A stretch of DNA of 63,992 nt, filler included, from Lama guanicoe (GCA_013239625.1; 82 parts of 78 records of this genome joined end to end with filler, not necessarily neighbours in it), one strand, 5' to 3'; shown: positions 25,643-39,352, counted from the first letter of the whole stretch. Notes: generated from the sequence alone by a model not told the origin. Numbers and translations are program-made.

Positions 25643-26751
25643 AAGGTCAGAGAATTTCTTTCTCAGAATTCCCCCTAACAGGGAACACCTGCGACTGAAG
25701 ACAGCTGCGTGGAGTTGTCTATTGAGCTCCCCACGCACTGAAAATGTTTCCGGAATCCTGAGCTTGGGGAGGTTCCACCAACGGTCGGCAGCGCGTGGGT
25801 TCTAACGGAATGCCTAAGCTCGTCTCCCCTGGGTTTTTTCCTAATGTCTCTCTNNNNNNNNNNNNNNNNNNNNNNNNNNNNNNNNNNNNNNNNNNNNNNN
25901 NNNNNNNNNNNNNNNNNNNNNNNNNNNNNNNNNNNNNNNNNNNNNNNNNNNNNNNNNNNNNNNNNNNNNNNNNNNNNNNNNNNNNNNNNNNNNNNNNNNN
26001 NNNNNNNNNNGGAGGTTCCACCAACGGTCGGCAGCGCGTGGGTTCTAACGGAATGCCTAAGCTAGACTCCCCTGGGTTTTTTCCTAATATCTCTGTGCCA
26101 TGGTATGCTAGGGGGGTTTGCATGCAATCCCTGTGTCAGAGGCTGCCTCCCCAAGGTCAGGGAAGGTATTTCTCAGAATTCCCCCTAACAGGGAACACCT
26201 GTGACTGAAGAGAGCTGCGTGGAGTTGTCTCTCGAGCTCCCCACGCAGTGACAATGGTTCCGGAATCCTGAGCGTGTGGAGGTTCCACCAACGGTCGGCA
26301 ACGCGTAGGTTCTAACGGAAAGACTAAGCTCGTCTCACCTGGGTTTTTTCCTTACATCTCTGTGCCAGGGAATGCTAGGGGGGTTTGCAGGAAATCCCAG
26401 TCACAGAGACTGCCTCCCCAAGGTCAGGGAAGTTATTTCTCGGACTTCCCCATTCAGGGAACACCTGTGACTGAAGAGAGCTGCGTGGAGTTGTCTCTCG
26501 AGCTCCCCACGCAGTGACAATGGTTCCGGAATCCTGAGCGTGTGGAGGTTCCACCAACGGTCGGCAGCGCGTGGGTTCTAACGGAATGCCTAAGCTCGAC
26601 TCCCCTGGGATTTTTCCTAATGTCTCTGTGCCACGGAATGCTAGGGGGGTTTTTTAGGTATTCCCAGTGACAGAGGCGGCCTCCACAAGGTCAGAGAATT
26701 TCTTTCCCAGAATTCCCCCTAACAGGGAACACCTGTGACTGAAGAGAGCTG
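25643..26751. repeat. ~266-267-bp GC-rich satellite (family B)
   Basis: ggttccaccaacggtcggc at 26014, 26281 and 26547 gives periods of 267 and 266. Confidence 0.95.
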
Positions 26752-26851
26752 NNNNNNNNNNNNNNNNNNNNNNNNNNNNNNNNNNNNNNNNNNNNTTAAT
26801 TAATTAANNNNNNNNNNNNNNNNNNNNNNNNNNNNNNNNNNNNNNNNNNNN

Positions 26852-27291
26852 CTATTGTAAATTCTGGGTTCTGCATTCTGTATTCTATATTCTATATGCT
26901 ATGTTGTACATTCTGTATTCTACATTCTATATACTGTATTCTGTATTTTATATACTAAATTCTCTGATTTGTATTCCGTGTTCTAAATTCTGTGTTCTGT
27001 ATTCTGTATTCTATATTCTACATTGGGTTCTGCATTCCATTTTCTCAATTCTGGGTTCTGCCTTCTGTATTCAAATTTCTATTTTCTTTATTATGTATTC
27101 TATATTCTATATTCTGTGTTCTGCATTTTGTATTCTAAATTCTGTATTCTGTATTCTGTATTCTATATTCTAGATTCTTTGTTCAGTACTACGTTTTCTA
27201 AGTTGAATATTCAGTATTCTGTACTGTATATTCTAAACTGTGTGTTCTGAATTGCATATTCTTAATTCTGTGTTCTGTATTCTGTATTCTA
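26852..27291. repeat. AT-rich heptamer satellite (family C), opposite orientation
   Basis: TATTCTA/TGTTCTG units. Confidence 0.92.
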
Positions 27292-27391
27292 NNNNNNNNN
27301 NNNNNNNNNNNNNNNNNNNNNNNNNNNNNNNNNNNTTAATTAATTAANNNNNNNNNNNNNNNNNNNNNNNNNNNNNNNNNNNNNNNNNNNN

Positions 27392-28142
27392 CAATGAGGT
27401 ATCACCTCACACCAGTCAGAATGGCCATCGTTCAAAAATCTACACATGACAAGACCTGGAGAGGCTGTAGAGAAAGGGGAACCCTCCTACACTGTTGGTG
27501 GGAATGCAGTTTGGTGCAGCCACTGTGGAAAACAGTATGGAGATTCCTCAAAAGACTAGGAATAGACTTACCATATGACCCAGGAATCCCACTCCTGGGC
27601 TTATATTCAGAAGGAACCCTACTTCNNNNNNNNNNNNNNNNNNNNNNNNNNNNNNNNNNNNNNNNNNNNNNNNNNNNNNNNNNNNNNNNNNNNNNNNNNN
27701 NNNNNNNNNNNNNNNNNNNNNNNNNNNNNNNNNNNNNNNNNNNNNNNNNNNNNNNNNNNNNNNNNNNNNNNNNNNNNNNNNNNNNNNNNNNNNNNNNNNN
27801 NNNNNNNNNNAGGATGTCATTCTAAGTGAAGTAAGCCAGAAAGAGAAAGAAAAATACTATATGAGATCGCTCATATGTGGAATCTAAAAAACAAAAACAA
27901 AAACAAAAACAAAAAAACAAAGCATAAATACAAAACAGAAATAGACTCATAGACATAGAATACAAACTTGTGGTTGCCAAGGGGGCAGAGGATGGGAGGG
28001 GATAGACGGGATTTCAAAGTTGTAGAATAGATAAACAAGATTATACTGTAAAGCACAGCATAATATACACAAGATCTTATGGTAGCGCACAGGGAAAAAA
28101 ATGTGACAATGAATATATATATGTTCATGTATAAATGAAAAA
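27392..28142 (+). mobile_element. Young L1: ORF2 C-terminus and 3' UTR
   Basis: Open peptide [16 protein letters not shown]...[25 protein letters not shown]...[10 protein letters not shown]. Confidence 0.96.
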
Positions 28143-28242
28143 NNNNNNNNNNNNNNNNNNNNNNNNNNNNNNNNNNNNNNNNNNNNTTAATTAATTAANN
28201 NNNNNNNNNNNNNNNNNNNNNNNNNNNNNNNNNNNNNNNNNN

Positions 28243-29570
28243 ATAGAATGTAAAACACATAATATAGAATCTACTATACGGAATGCAGAATTTAGAATGC
28301 AGTATATAGAATGTAGAATATAGAAGGAAGAACAAAAAATTAAGAATATAAAAAAGAGAATATAGAACTTAGAATTTAGTAATGGAATTCTGAACACAGA
28401 ATTTAGAAAATAGAATACGGAATACTGAATATAGAATTTAGAATATATAATGAAGAACACAAAATATAGAATATAGAATACGGAATGAAGAATATAGAAT
28501 ACAGTATACAGAATGTAGAACACAGAATATAAAATATGGAAAACAGAATACAGAACCCAAAATTTANNNNNNNNNNNNNNNNNNNNNNNNNNNNNNNNNN
28601 NNNNNNNNNNNNNNNNNNNNNNNNNNNNNNNNNNNNNNNNNNNNNNNNNNNNNNNNNNNNNNNNNNNNNNNNNNNNNNNNNNNNNNNNNNNNNNNNNNNN
28701 NNNNNNNNNNNNNNNNNNNNNNNNNNNNNNNNNNNNNNNNNTAGAACCCAGAATTTAGATCATTTAATGCAGAACACAGAATTTAGAATATAGAATACAG
28801 AATAGAGAATATAGAATGTAGAACACATAATATAGAATATAGAATACGGAATGCAGACTATACTATGTAGAATATAGAATGAAAAACACACAATATAGAA
28901 TAGATTATAGAATATAGAACCCAGAATTTAGAACATGGAATGCAGAATAGAGAGTTTAGGTTATACAATACAGAATACTGAATATAGAATTTCGAATATA
29001 GAATGTAAAACACAGAATATTCAATATAGAATACCGTATGCAGAATATAGAATGTGGAATATAGAAAGAACAACACAAAATATAGAATATATAAACGAGA
29101 ATATAGAAGCCAGAATTTAGATCATGGAATGCAGAACACAGAGTTTAGAATATAGAATACAGAATACTGAATTTANNNNNNNNNNNNNNNNNNNNNNNNN
29201 NNNNNNNNNNNNNNNNNNNNNNNNNNNNNNNNNNNNNNNNNNNNNNNNNNNNNNNNNNNNNNNNNNNNNNNNNNNNNNNNNNNNNNNNNNNNNNNNNNNN
29301 NNNNNNNNNNNNNNNNNNNNNNNNNNNNNNNNNNNNNNNNNNNNNNNNNNNNNNNNNNNNNNNNNNNNNNNNNNNNNNNNNNNNNNNNNNNNNNNNNNNN
29401 NNNNNNNNNNNNNNNNNNNNNNNNNNNNNNNNNNNNNNNNNNNNNNNNNNNNNNNNNNNNNNNNNNNNNNNNNNNNNNNNNNNTAGTATACGGAGAATAT
29501 AAAATATGGAATATAGAATGTAGAACAAAAAATATAGAATATATAAAAGAGAATATAAAACCCAGAATTT
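28243..29570. repeat. AT-rich heptamer satellite (family C)
   Basis: Tandem degenerate 7-mers around two gaps. Confidence 0.93.
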
Positions 29571-30275
29571 NNNNNNNNNNNNNNNNNNNNNNNNNNNNNN
29601 NNNNNNNNNNNNNNTTAATTAATTAANNNNNNNNNNNNNNNNNNNNNNNNNNNNNNNNNNNNNNNNNNNNCGACTGCATGAGGCAAATATGATCCTACTG
29701 TCCTGGTTCTTCAGAGAACCTGTCTGCCAAGGCAAACAATGAGCTGGATTTTGACCCAGACCAGGGACAGGGCTATTCCTCAGTCTTCCATGAGCCCCCT
29801 TCTGGTGTGCAAAACTGAGGCAGAGAGTACATTGGCACAGAGCAGCAGAGTGATCAGCAACCTGAGGGGGCGGGTGGCCCCTCAAATTTTGAGCTGGAAT
29901 GCAGCCCTTGACCATGGTGCTGGGAGAGGGCGTGATGCCCAATCCTGCCTGGTCAGTACATCTGACTGCAGCATCAGGCAGGGCAGTGACAAGCCAGCCC
30001 AGAGTAAATAAAGCTGCACCTGAACCAGTGTTGGGTGTAGGAGTGATCTGATTGATGACAAGCCTAGGGAGCAACAGAGATGAGGGCTCCAATGGAAGGC
30101 CTCAAGAAACAGCAAGCTGAGCTTCTAAAACAGAATGAATAAAGACTTCACATTATAAGTACACAGTCTCCAGGANNNNNNNNNNNNNNNNNNNNNNNNN
30201 NNNNNNNNNNNNNNNNNNNTTAATTAATTAANNNNNNNNNNNNNNNNNNNNNNNNNNNNNNNNNNNNNNNNNNNN

Positions 30276-30932
30276 AGTTTTGAGAGTTATGCGTGTGTGA
30301 AAGCCGTCCTTCACCTAGCGTGTTGGGACCACAAAGTTTCTGTTCATTTGCAGACTGTACTCCATACATATATATGGGGAGGTACAAGCTCCAACACGGT
30401 TTTACAGTGAAAACTGCAGGAACATCAAACCGGCTCTAGGAAACAGACTGAGAAACCAGAGTAAGTGCTTCTCCTGCAACCTGTTCCCTTTGTGCTAGAT
30501 GAACGAACGTCTCTCTACATGCTCAGTTTTGAGAGTTATGCGTGTGTGAAAGCCGTCCTTCACCTAGCGTGTTGGGACCACAAAGTTTCTGTTCATTTGC
30601 AGACTGTACTCCATACATATATATGGGGAGGTACAAGCTCCACCTCGGTTTTACAGTGAAAAGTGTAGGAAATTCAAACCGTTACTAGGAAACAGACTGA
30701 GAAACCAGAGAAATTGTTTCTCCTGCATCCTGTTCCCTTTGTGCTAGATGAACGTACGTCTCTCCACATGCTCAGTTTTGAGAGTTAAGCGTGTGTGAAA
30801 GCCGTCCTTCACCTAGCTTGTAGGGAACACAAAGCTTGTCTTCAGTTGCAGACTCCACTCCATGCATATAACTGGGGAGGTACAAGCTCCAACTTGGTTT
30901 TACAGTGAAAAATGCAGGAACTTCAAACCGGC
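30276..30932. repeat. 249-bp satellite (family A)
   Basis: agttttgagagtt at 30276, 30525 and 30774 gives a period of 249. Confidence 0.96.
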
Positions 30933-31032
30933 NNNNNNNNNNNNNNNNNNNNNNNNNNNNNNNNNNNNNNNNNNNNTTAATTAATTAANNNNNNNNNNNN
31001 NNNNNNNNNNNNNNNNNNNNNNNNNNNNNNNN

Positions 31033-31815
31033 CCCTGCTAGGGGAAGTCCGAGAAATACCTTCCCTGACATTGTGGAGGCATCCTCTTTCACTGGGTTTC
31101 CTGCAACTCCCCCTAGCATTCCCTGGCACAGAGAAATGAGGAAAACCCTCAGGGGAGACGAGCACAGGCATTCCGTTAGAATCCACGCGCTGCCGACCGT
31201 TGGTGGAACCTCCCCACGCTCAGGATTCCGGAACCATTGTCATTGAGAGGGGGAGTTAGNNNNNNNNNNNNNNNNNNAGAGACAACTCCACGCAGCTCTC
31301 TTCAGTCACAGGTGTTCCCTGCTCGGGGAAGTCCGAGAAATACCTTCCCTGACCTTGGGGAGGCAGCCTCTGTCACTGGGATTTCCTGCAACCCCCCCTA
31401 GCATTCCCTGGCAAAGAGAGATGAGGAAAACCCTCATGGGAGACGAGCACAGGCATTCCCTTAGAACCCACGCGCTGCCGACCGTTGGTGGAACCTCCCC
31501 ACGCTCAGGATTCCGGAATCATAGTCATTGAGTGGGGGAGCTAGAGAGACAACTCCACGCAGCTCTCTTCAGTCACAGGTGCTCCCTGCTCGGGAAGTCG
31601 GAGAAATACCTTCCCTGACCTTGGGGAGGCAGCCTCTGTCATAGGGATTTCCTGTAACACCCCCTAGCAGACCCGGGCACAGAGACATGTAGAAAACACT
31701 CAGGGGAGACGAGCACAGGCATTCCCTTAGAACCAACGCTCTGCCGACCGTTGGTGGAACCTCCCCACACTCAAGATTCTGGAAACATATTCATTGAGTG
31801 GGGGAGCTCGAGAGA
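31033..31815. repeat. ~266-267-bp satellite (family B), opposite orientation
   Basis: ggaacctcccc at 31490 and 31756; reverse complement of the 25643-26751 units. Confidence 0.95.
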
Positions 31816-34120
31816 NNNNNNNNNNNNNNNNNNNNNNNNNNNNNNNNNNNNNNNNNNNNTTAATTAATTAANNNNNNNNNNNNNNNNNNNNNNNNNNNNN
31901 NNNNNNNNNNNNNNNGTTATATTTTTTAATTAACCTAAGAGATTGACTTAGTAATGGCACAGACACCAAATTCTTAAACTTAAATAAATTTTCAAGTTAA
32001 AATAGTGAAGCTGGCTCTTTTTTACCTTTCCCCTTCTCTGATCTGGGACATTTCACTTATGTCTGGGAAAAAGATTTCCATTTCAGAAAACCCAGAATTT
32101 CAAAAGCTATGAATTTCAGTGTCATCACAAAAGCTATACATACTAAAATAAACAAGAATCCTTTTTTCTCATTATCTAAGACCAAATCTTCAGCTTTTTG
32201 TCTAGATTTATCCATGCATTATCCCATCAGAATTGTCTACTGTCTTATAATGATTTGAACAATAGATGAAATCTCTTTGTTCTTATTCTGGAATCACAGT
32301 TACTCTGAAAACTGGACTCCATTGCATCATACTTTATTGTGAGTAAAATTATGCTCAGTTTTTTTTTTACATTTTTTATTGATTCATGATCATTTTACAG
32401 TGTTGTNNNNNNNNNNNNNNNNNNNNNNNNNNNNNNNNNNNNNNNNNNNNTTAATTAATTAANNNNNNNNNNNNNNNNNNNNNNNNNNNNNNNNNNNNNN
32501 NNNNNNGATTTATACCATTATAAGAACGTATTTCTAAGAATAATATCAAGGATAATACCAAAAAGAAGACATTTACAAACTTAAGATTATTTTGGGCCAC
32601 AACAAAAATAAATCTACGGAACAAAATGAAAGGCAAGAAATGACAAGAAAAAGCTCTGTGATACATGTTGATGAAGACAAGGGGTTAATCTTCATAACAT
32701 ACAAAGAGCTGTCACAAAACAACCAGCTCCCTCACTTAAATGTTTGCAAAGGACAAAAAGGATCATTCACTTTTTAAAAGTCAGATGGCTAATGAGTGAA
32801 AAATGCTCAATACGTCACTGGTCATCAAATGCAAACTAAAACAATGAAAAAGCACTTTGGCTCAACATACTGCCAAACATTTTTTAAATATAGCCTACCT
32901 AGTGTCCATCTGTGGGAAAAAAAACTGTGAGAACGTTTTGGAGGATGACATGTTAATGGATATGTAAACTCTGAAAAACGGGTGTACACACAGACTCAAC
33001 TCCACTTTTAGGAATCGTTTCATTTAGAAANNNNNNNNNNNNNNNNNNNNNNNNNNNNNNNNNNNNNNNNNNNNTTAATTAATTAANNNNNNNNNNNNNN
33101 NNNNNNNNNNNNNNNNNNNNNNNNNNNNNNGCTTATATGTGACCCATTCACTCAAGCAGGGGTCTTTTTGGGGATTTTCCTCACTTGAGGCTAACATGGG
33201 TCACATGGGGGGGCAGGACCGGCCAGTCACAGCTTGGTCCACAGTCACCTAGTGCCCTCGTGGCTTTCATGCCATGGATGTGTCACCTCCCCCTCGATGG
33301 GGACAAGGTCAAAAGTGTTGGGGCAGCTTCTCAGTGGCGAAGACATTGCTCTCCAGACCCAACACTCAAAAGCATGGACCCCTGGTGTTGGCCACAGTCT
33401 TGGCTAGATGAGGCTGTTGAGTAGCTGAGCTCATGAGACGTGGGTGCCATGCTTCCACTCTCACCAAGAGCTCTACTTTTGAAGGTTCTGATCAGACATA
33501 GTCCATAAACAAGGAACAGTCCCTTTCCCTCGGGGAAGGGCACACAGAAGGNNNNNNNNNNNNNNNNNNNNNNNNNNNNNNNNNNNNNNNNNNNNTTAAT
33601 TAATTAANNNNNNNNNNNNNNNNNNNNNNNNNNNNNNNNNNNNNNNNNNNNTGTCCCTTGTCACAGCAGGCTGGGCAAAAGGGAAGACAGCAGAACCATG
33701 CAGCACTATAGGCTTTAAGCCAGGATTCAAATCCTCACACCTCCCCTCAGCCTTCAACCTGTTCTCTTCTTTCTCCTGAGTGTCAGGGGAGCTCCTGGCC
33801 TCTATGTGTTGATTGATTTGAGTGGAAGATGGTCAACACTGCTTTGGGTGGCACCGGAGTAGGTTAAGTGCTGTCACTCAGACTAAACAGCAAAAGAAAT
33901 ATTGTCTTCTAGCTTTAAATGTATTTTATTTCCCTCCTGGCAGCCAACGGAAGGGGTCAGATCTATTTTGTGGTTCACTGGCTATTACTTCCCCCACTAA
34001 GAATTTATCCTTGCTAGTACATTTCCTCTCTTTTTGTCTTGTGGATGAGGGAGAGTTTCATTTCTTAACATTTACCTTCCAGGTAGTTTGTGTTTAGAGT
34101 CCCTCCTTTCCTGTTCATAA

Positions 34121-34146
34121 GACACACACACACCCACACACACATG

Positions 34147-34178
<32 letters not shown>
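34121..34178. repeat. (CA)n microsatellite
   Basis: Direct observation. Confidence 0.92.
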
Positions 34179-34179
<1 letters not shown>

Positions 34180-35165
34180 GACAAGTTGCCAGTTTATCCG
34201 ACGCGTTTAAATCTTGAGTATTATTTTTTGATGGCCACTCCAAAATTGGAAAGCTATTAAAGGAAGAGAAACGAAGCATCTGAGTATTCAAAGCCNNNNN
34301 NNNNNNNNNNNNNNNNNNNNNNNNNNNNNNNNNNNNNNNTTAATTAATTAANNNNNNNNNNNNNNNNNNNNNNNNNNNNNNNNNNNNNNNNNNNNCAAAA
34401 ATTGGCTTAGCCTAAGTGCGGCCACTTCATGATTCCTCCTTCACTGGGGGCCGAGGCGCGGGGGAGGGCGGGGGTGGGGGACACGACTGAGGTGGCGACG
34501 AACTTCTCCGTGAATGCTCGGAGCCGAACTGCTCTCTGGGCCTAGGTCCAAAAAAGGCCTGAGTCTCAGCTATGACAGGTTCTCTCTCTTTCTGGGCACA
34601 TGGACTGACTCGCCCCGCATCCTCCCATCCTGTCAGACCCTTCGGACACGCACCTCCACCCGAGGAGTTCTTTGGCCTCGTCCAGAAAAAACAAACACAC
34701 GCACGAACAAAACCAACCGAGCACACAGAAACCCTGATGATCTCCTTGGACCCCATTCACTTCGGAGAGTCCCTCTCGTAGAAATCCCCTCAGCTCGATG
34801 ATTTCACCATAGCCGCCTCCCTTTCTCTGCCGCAGTGACCCCCACCCCCACCCCCACCCCCGCCTCTGCGTGGGCCCTGTCCCTCTACCTATCAAAAACC
34901 AAACCCCAGGAGAAAAGAAAATCAGAATGCTGCTTTGAGCCACTGGATCTGTGAAAGGAACCAAACAGAAAGCCGAAATAACCAAACCAGCCGAACACCA
35001 AAAGCGAACAGACAGATACCCCAGAAAGAAGGGCACGCTGACCCTGGCCCCTTTCCTTCCTGGAATCAGGACATAACGTAGATCTACACCCCACCCCCGA
35101 CCCCACCCTCCCCAGATGTCTTCTTTATGCCGGAACGAGAGTGACGTTCTTAGTGTCAATGGTGC

Positions 35166-35279
35166 TGTTTTGGAAACGACAGGCCAGCCAAGAAACAAGC
35201 ACCACTCGGAGGGTTGGAGTACTCAGATTTCTTACGCCGGCGGGCTCAGAGGGGCTTCTGCTCCTAAGCCCTGAGCACC
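35166..35279 (-). mobile_element. 3' end of an ERV LTR, same family as 44534-44937
   Basis: Reverse complement aaatctgagtactccaaccctccgagtggtgcttgtttcttggctggcctgtcgtttccaaaaCA matches 44870-44937. Confidence 0.8.
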
Positions 35280-35379
35280 NNNNNNNNNNNNNNNNNNNNN
35301 NNNNNNNNNNNNNNNNNNNNNNNTTAATTAATTAANNNNNNNNNNNNNNNNNNNNNNNNNNNNNNNNNNNNNNNNNNNN

Positions 35380-35463
35380 TTCAGACATTTGGTGTATGTG
35401 CTTGGCTGAGGAGCCAATGGGGCGAAGCTACCATCTGTGGGATTATGACTGAACGCCTCTAAG
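35380..35463 (+). rRNA. RNA28S: 28S rRNA fragment (3' region, 84 bp)
   Basis: TTCAGACATTTGGTGTATGTGCTTGGCTGAGGAGCCAATGGGGCGAAGCTACCATCTGTGGGATTATGACTGAACGCCTCTAAG matches conserved mammalian 28S sequence as I recall it. Confidence 0.95.
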
Positions 35464-36156
35464 NNNNNNNNNNNNNNNNNNNNNNNNNNNNNNNNNNNNN
35501 NNNNNNNTTAATTAATTAANNNNNNNNNNNNNNNNNNNNNNNNNNNNNNNNNNNNNNNNNNNNTACCTCTGTGGGGCGAAAAGCACTGCAGTGCTTCAGA
35601 AGCATCAAAGAATGGTGAGCTTTGTGAAACAGTCCTGAGGCACTTAAATCGCACTTTTTCTGAAAGGCTCCAAAACTGACCCACTTCACCATTCCAGGTA
35701 TAACAGGGAGGTACCGGAATTAGTAGAGAAAACTTGCCCTTGAANNNNNNNNNNNNNNNNNNNNNNNNNNNNNNNNNNNNNNNNNNNNNNNNNNNNNNNN
35801 NNNNNNNNNNNNNNNNNNNNNNNNNNNNNNNNNNNNNNNNAAAACGAGGCGCCACCGCCCACCTGGGAGGCATGGATGTGAATGCAACATGCAAGTAGGG
35901 CGGCCGACTGGTACCTGACACGGGGCCTGGCTAGTTTCCCTCCGCTGACCTTCTCCCCCTTTAAACTTGCACTGTTCTCCCTGATAAGGGTGAAGCCCCC
36001 GGAACACACTGCCCGTATCTTCTGTGTATCCCCGGATACATGCCTTACCCTTAGGANNNNNNNNNNNNNNNNNNNNNNNNNNNNNNNNNNNNNNNNNNNN
36101 TTAATTAATTAANNNNNNNNNNNNNNNNNNNNNNNNNNNNNNNNNNNNNNNNNNNN

Positions 36157-36629
36157 AAGAATGTATATTCTGATTTTGGGAGAAGTACTGTTTTGGAATT
36201 ATCAAACTTCTCCAATTATTTTATCATAAATTTTAGTATGTTTGTTCCCTTATTAATTTTGTGTATGAAAGCCCAGTCCAGTGATGGTAACGGGGTGCTA
36301 GAATCTCCTACTGTGATTATGTTCCAAGTGATTTCTCTCTTTTTATCTATTAGTATTTGCTTTATATATTTAGGTGCTCCTATATTGAGTGCATATATTT
36401 TAATGAGTATAAAACTCTCATATTTTATTGTTCCTTTAATCATTATATCATGTCCTTGTTTATCAGTGGCCTTTCTTGTAAAGTCTATTTTGAATGAAGT
36501 CAGTACTGCTAGTCCTGCTTTCTTGTCACGTGCATTTGCATGGAATATATTCTTCCATCTACTGACTTTCAATTGATTTCTTTTCCTCTTACTAAATTGG
36601 GTATCTTGTATGCTTCATAATGTAGGGTC
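36157..36629 (-). mobile_element. L1 ORF2 endonuclease-domain fragment
   Basis: WKNIFHANARDKKAGLAVL...IYALNIGAPKYIKQIL...ITVGDSSTPL. Confidence 0.93.
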
Positions 36630-36729
36630 NNNNNNNNNNNNNNNNNNNNNNNNNNNNNNNNNNNNNNNNNNNNTTAATTAATTAANNNNNNNNNNNNNNN
36701 NNNNNNNNNNNNNNNNNNNNNNNNNNNNN

Positions 36730-37710
36730 TCCCGAAGACACATTTATTTTACGGCTGGAGATTTGTAGCTTTTGAGTGGATTAATGAAATCCTCCTTTCC
36801 CAACCCCTGCCTCTGTTAACTACAAGTGTAATTTTTTTTTCTATAAGTATGTTTGTCTTTGAAGTGTACTTTTATCTATAAACTGTGTTAGTTCCTCTTA
36901 CACAACGTACTGTTTGCTATTTTTAGTACATTTCAAACTGATCACCAGAATATATCTAGTTATGATATGTTGCTATTTAAAGATATTTCACAGTTATTTA
37001 CTATTCCCCATACAGCACATTTCTAGCCCCTGACTCATTTAATTTGCAACTGGAAAATTTTCTCTTAATTTTCGTCAAATATTTCTTTTTCCTCACACCG
37101 TTTCCCTCCTTCTTGTGAACAACCTGTTTCTTTGTATATCTATATCTCCTTTTCTGTTGTGGTATGTTCATTTCTTTTAAATTCCAAATGTGAATAAAAT
37201 CATACAGCATTTGTCGATCTCTTTTTGACTTATANNNNNNNNNNNNNNNNNNNNNNNNNNNNNNNNNNNNNNNNNNNNNNNNNNNNNNNNNNNNNNNNNN
37301 NNNNNNNNNNNNNNNNNNNNNNNNNNNNNNNNNNNNNNNNNNNNNNNNNNNNNNNNNNNNNNNNNNNNNNNNNNNNNNNNNNNNNNNNNNNNNNNNNNNN
37401 NNNNNNNNNNNNNNNNNNNNNNNNNNNNNNNNNNNNNNNNNNNNNNNNNNNNNNNNNNNNNNNNNNNNNNNNNNNNNNNNNNNNACTGCATTCTCCACAG
37501 TGGCAGCACAAATTTACATTCACTCCTGCAGTGCCTAAGGGTTGTTTTTCTTACATCCTCACCAACTGTTATATTAGATATCTTTTTGGTAATATTCATT
37601 CTGATCTGACTGACAGAAACTCTTATTGTGTTTTGGATTTGCATTTTTCTGATGGTTAGTTATGTTGACTTGTTTCATATGCCTGATGATTACTTTCCCC
37701 TACTGTATAT
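36730..37710 (-). mobile_element. L1 3' region, diverged
   Basis: ttttggatttgcatttttctgatggttag and aaatcatacagcatttgtc motifs of antisense L1. Confidence 0.8.
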
Positions 37711-37810
37711 NNNNNNNNNNNNNNNNNNNNNNNNNNNNNNNNNNNNNNNNNNNNTTAATTAATTAANNNNNNNNNNNNNNNNNNNNNNNNNNNNNNNNNN
37801 NNNNNNNNNN

Positions 37811-38768
37811 GTCTGTTTCCTTGTGCCGGTTTGAAGTTCCTGCAGTTTTCACTGTTAAATTGAGTGGAGCTTGTACCTCCCCATATATATGTATGGAGTG
37901 GAGTTTGCAACGGAAGAGAAACTTTGTATTCCCAACAAGCTAGGTGAAGGACGGCTTTCACACACGCTTAACTCTCAAAACTGAGCATGGGGCGAGACGT
38001 TCGTTCATTTAGAACAAAGGGAACAGGTTGCAGGAGAAACACTTACTCTGGTTTCTCAGTCTGTTTCCTAGTGCCGGTTTGAAGTCCTGCAGTTTTCACT
38101 GTAAAAGGAGCTTGTACCTCCCCGTATATTTGTATGGAGTGGAGTCTGAAAATGAAGAGAAACTTTGTGTTCCCAACAAGATAGGTGAAGGACGGCTTTC
38201 ACAGACGCTTAACTCTCAAAACTGAGCATGTGGAAAGATTTTCGTTCATCTAGAACAAAGGGAACACTTTGAGGAGAAACACTTACTCTGGTTTCTCAGT
38301 GTGTTTCTTAGTGCCGGTTTAAAGTTCCTGCAGTTTTCACTGTAAATCCGAGTTGGAGCTTGTACCTCCCCATATATATGAATGGAGTGGAGTTTGCAAA
38401 TGAAGAGAAACTTTGTGTTCCCAACAAGATAGGTGAAGGACGGCTTTCACAGACGCTTAACTCTCAAAACTGAGCATGTGGAGAGACTTTCGTTCATCTA
38501 GCACAAAGTGTACAGGTTGCAGGTGAAACACTTACTCTGGTTTCTCACTCTGTTTCCTAGTGCCGGTTTGAAGTTCCTGCAATTTACACTGTAAAACCGA
38601 GTTGGAGCTTGTACCTCCCCATATATATGAATGGAGTGGAGTTTGCAAATGAAGAGAAACTTTGTGTTCCCAACAAGCTAGGTGAAGGACGGCTTTCACA
38701 CACGTTTAACACTCAAAACTGAGCATGGGGTGAGACGTTCGTTCATCTAGCACAAAGGGAACAGGTTG
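37811..38768. repeat. 249-bp satellite (family A), opposite orientation, about 4 monomers
   Basis: Periods of 241, 248 and 249 between actctcaaaactgagcatg motifs. Confidence 0.96.
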
Positions 38769-38868
38769 NNNNNNNNNNNNNNNNNNNNNNNNNNNNNNNN
38801 NNNNNNNNNNNNTTAATTAATTAANNNNNNNNNNNNNNNNNNNNNNNNNNNNNNNNNNNNNNNNNNNN

Positions 38869-39352
38869 GGAGTCGTAACTATTTATGGGTGAGAATCCAT
38901 GATGGTGTAACTTGGACTAGAACTTGGGTGTTTTGCCATCGTGTCCACGCGGGTGAAGAGGCAACTGGGTGGGGGATGGCAGGGATCCTTCTTGCTTGAG
39001 TTCCAGGGTCTTGCTACTTTTCATTGCTCAGCTGCCTTTAGTTTATGTCCATGAGGCCTCTCATGGGAAGGCCACTCTGTCCTGATAGAATGAGTTTCTT
39101 ATCAATAAAAAGCTCTGGACCCACTCATATTTCCCAGAGCTGACCTGCTGACACTTTATATAAATGAGAACTAAGAAACTACTGAATATAAAATCCTTAT
39201 TGTTATCGGTTGCCCTCGAGTTCCATAGGAATGGGGTGCTGTCTTAGGGTGTCTAAAGCTAGATCTGAACAAAGATAGGGTGATAGGCTGTGCTGCTGGA
39301 CCTCCACAGTCGATGGGTATTTCACCTTAGTTTTTAGAATCAGGCAGATGAG
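38869..39352 (-). repeat. Low-copy duplicated segment, reverse-complement paralog of 1-477
   Basis: Both ends and the interior align in reverse complement, with substitutions and small indels. Confidence 0.93.

Noticed and set aside
34566..35198. 210-aa minus-strand ORF next to an LTR end, possible gag leader or gene
   Set aside because: There is no PBS and no Gag motif. An ORF of this size is unremarkable in GC-rich, low-complexity DNA.
34396..36056. Apparent rDNA neighbourhood around the 28S fragment
   Set aside because: The three pieces are separated by artificial spacers, so adjacency is not evidence of linkage.
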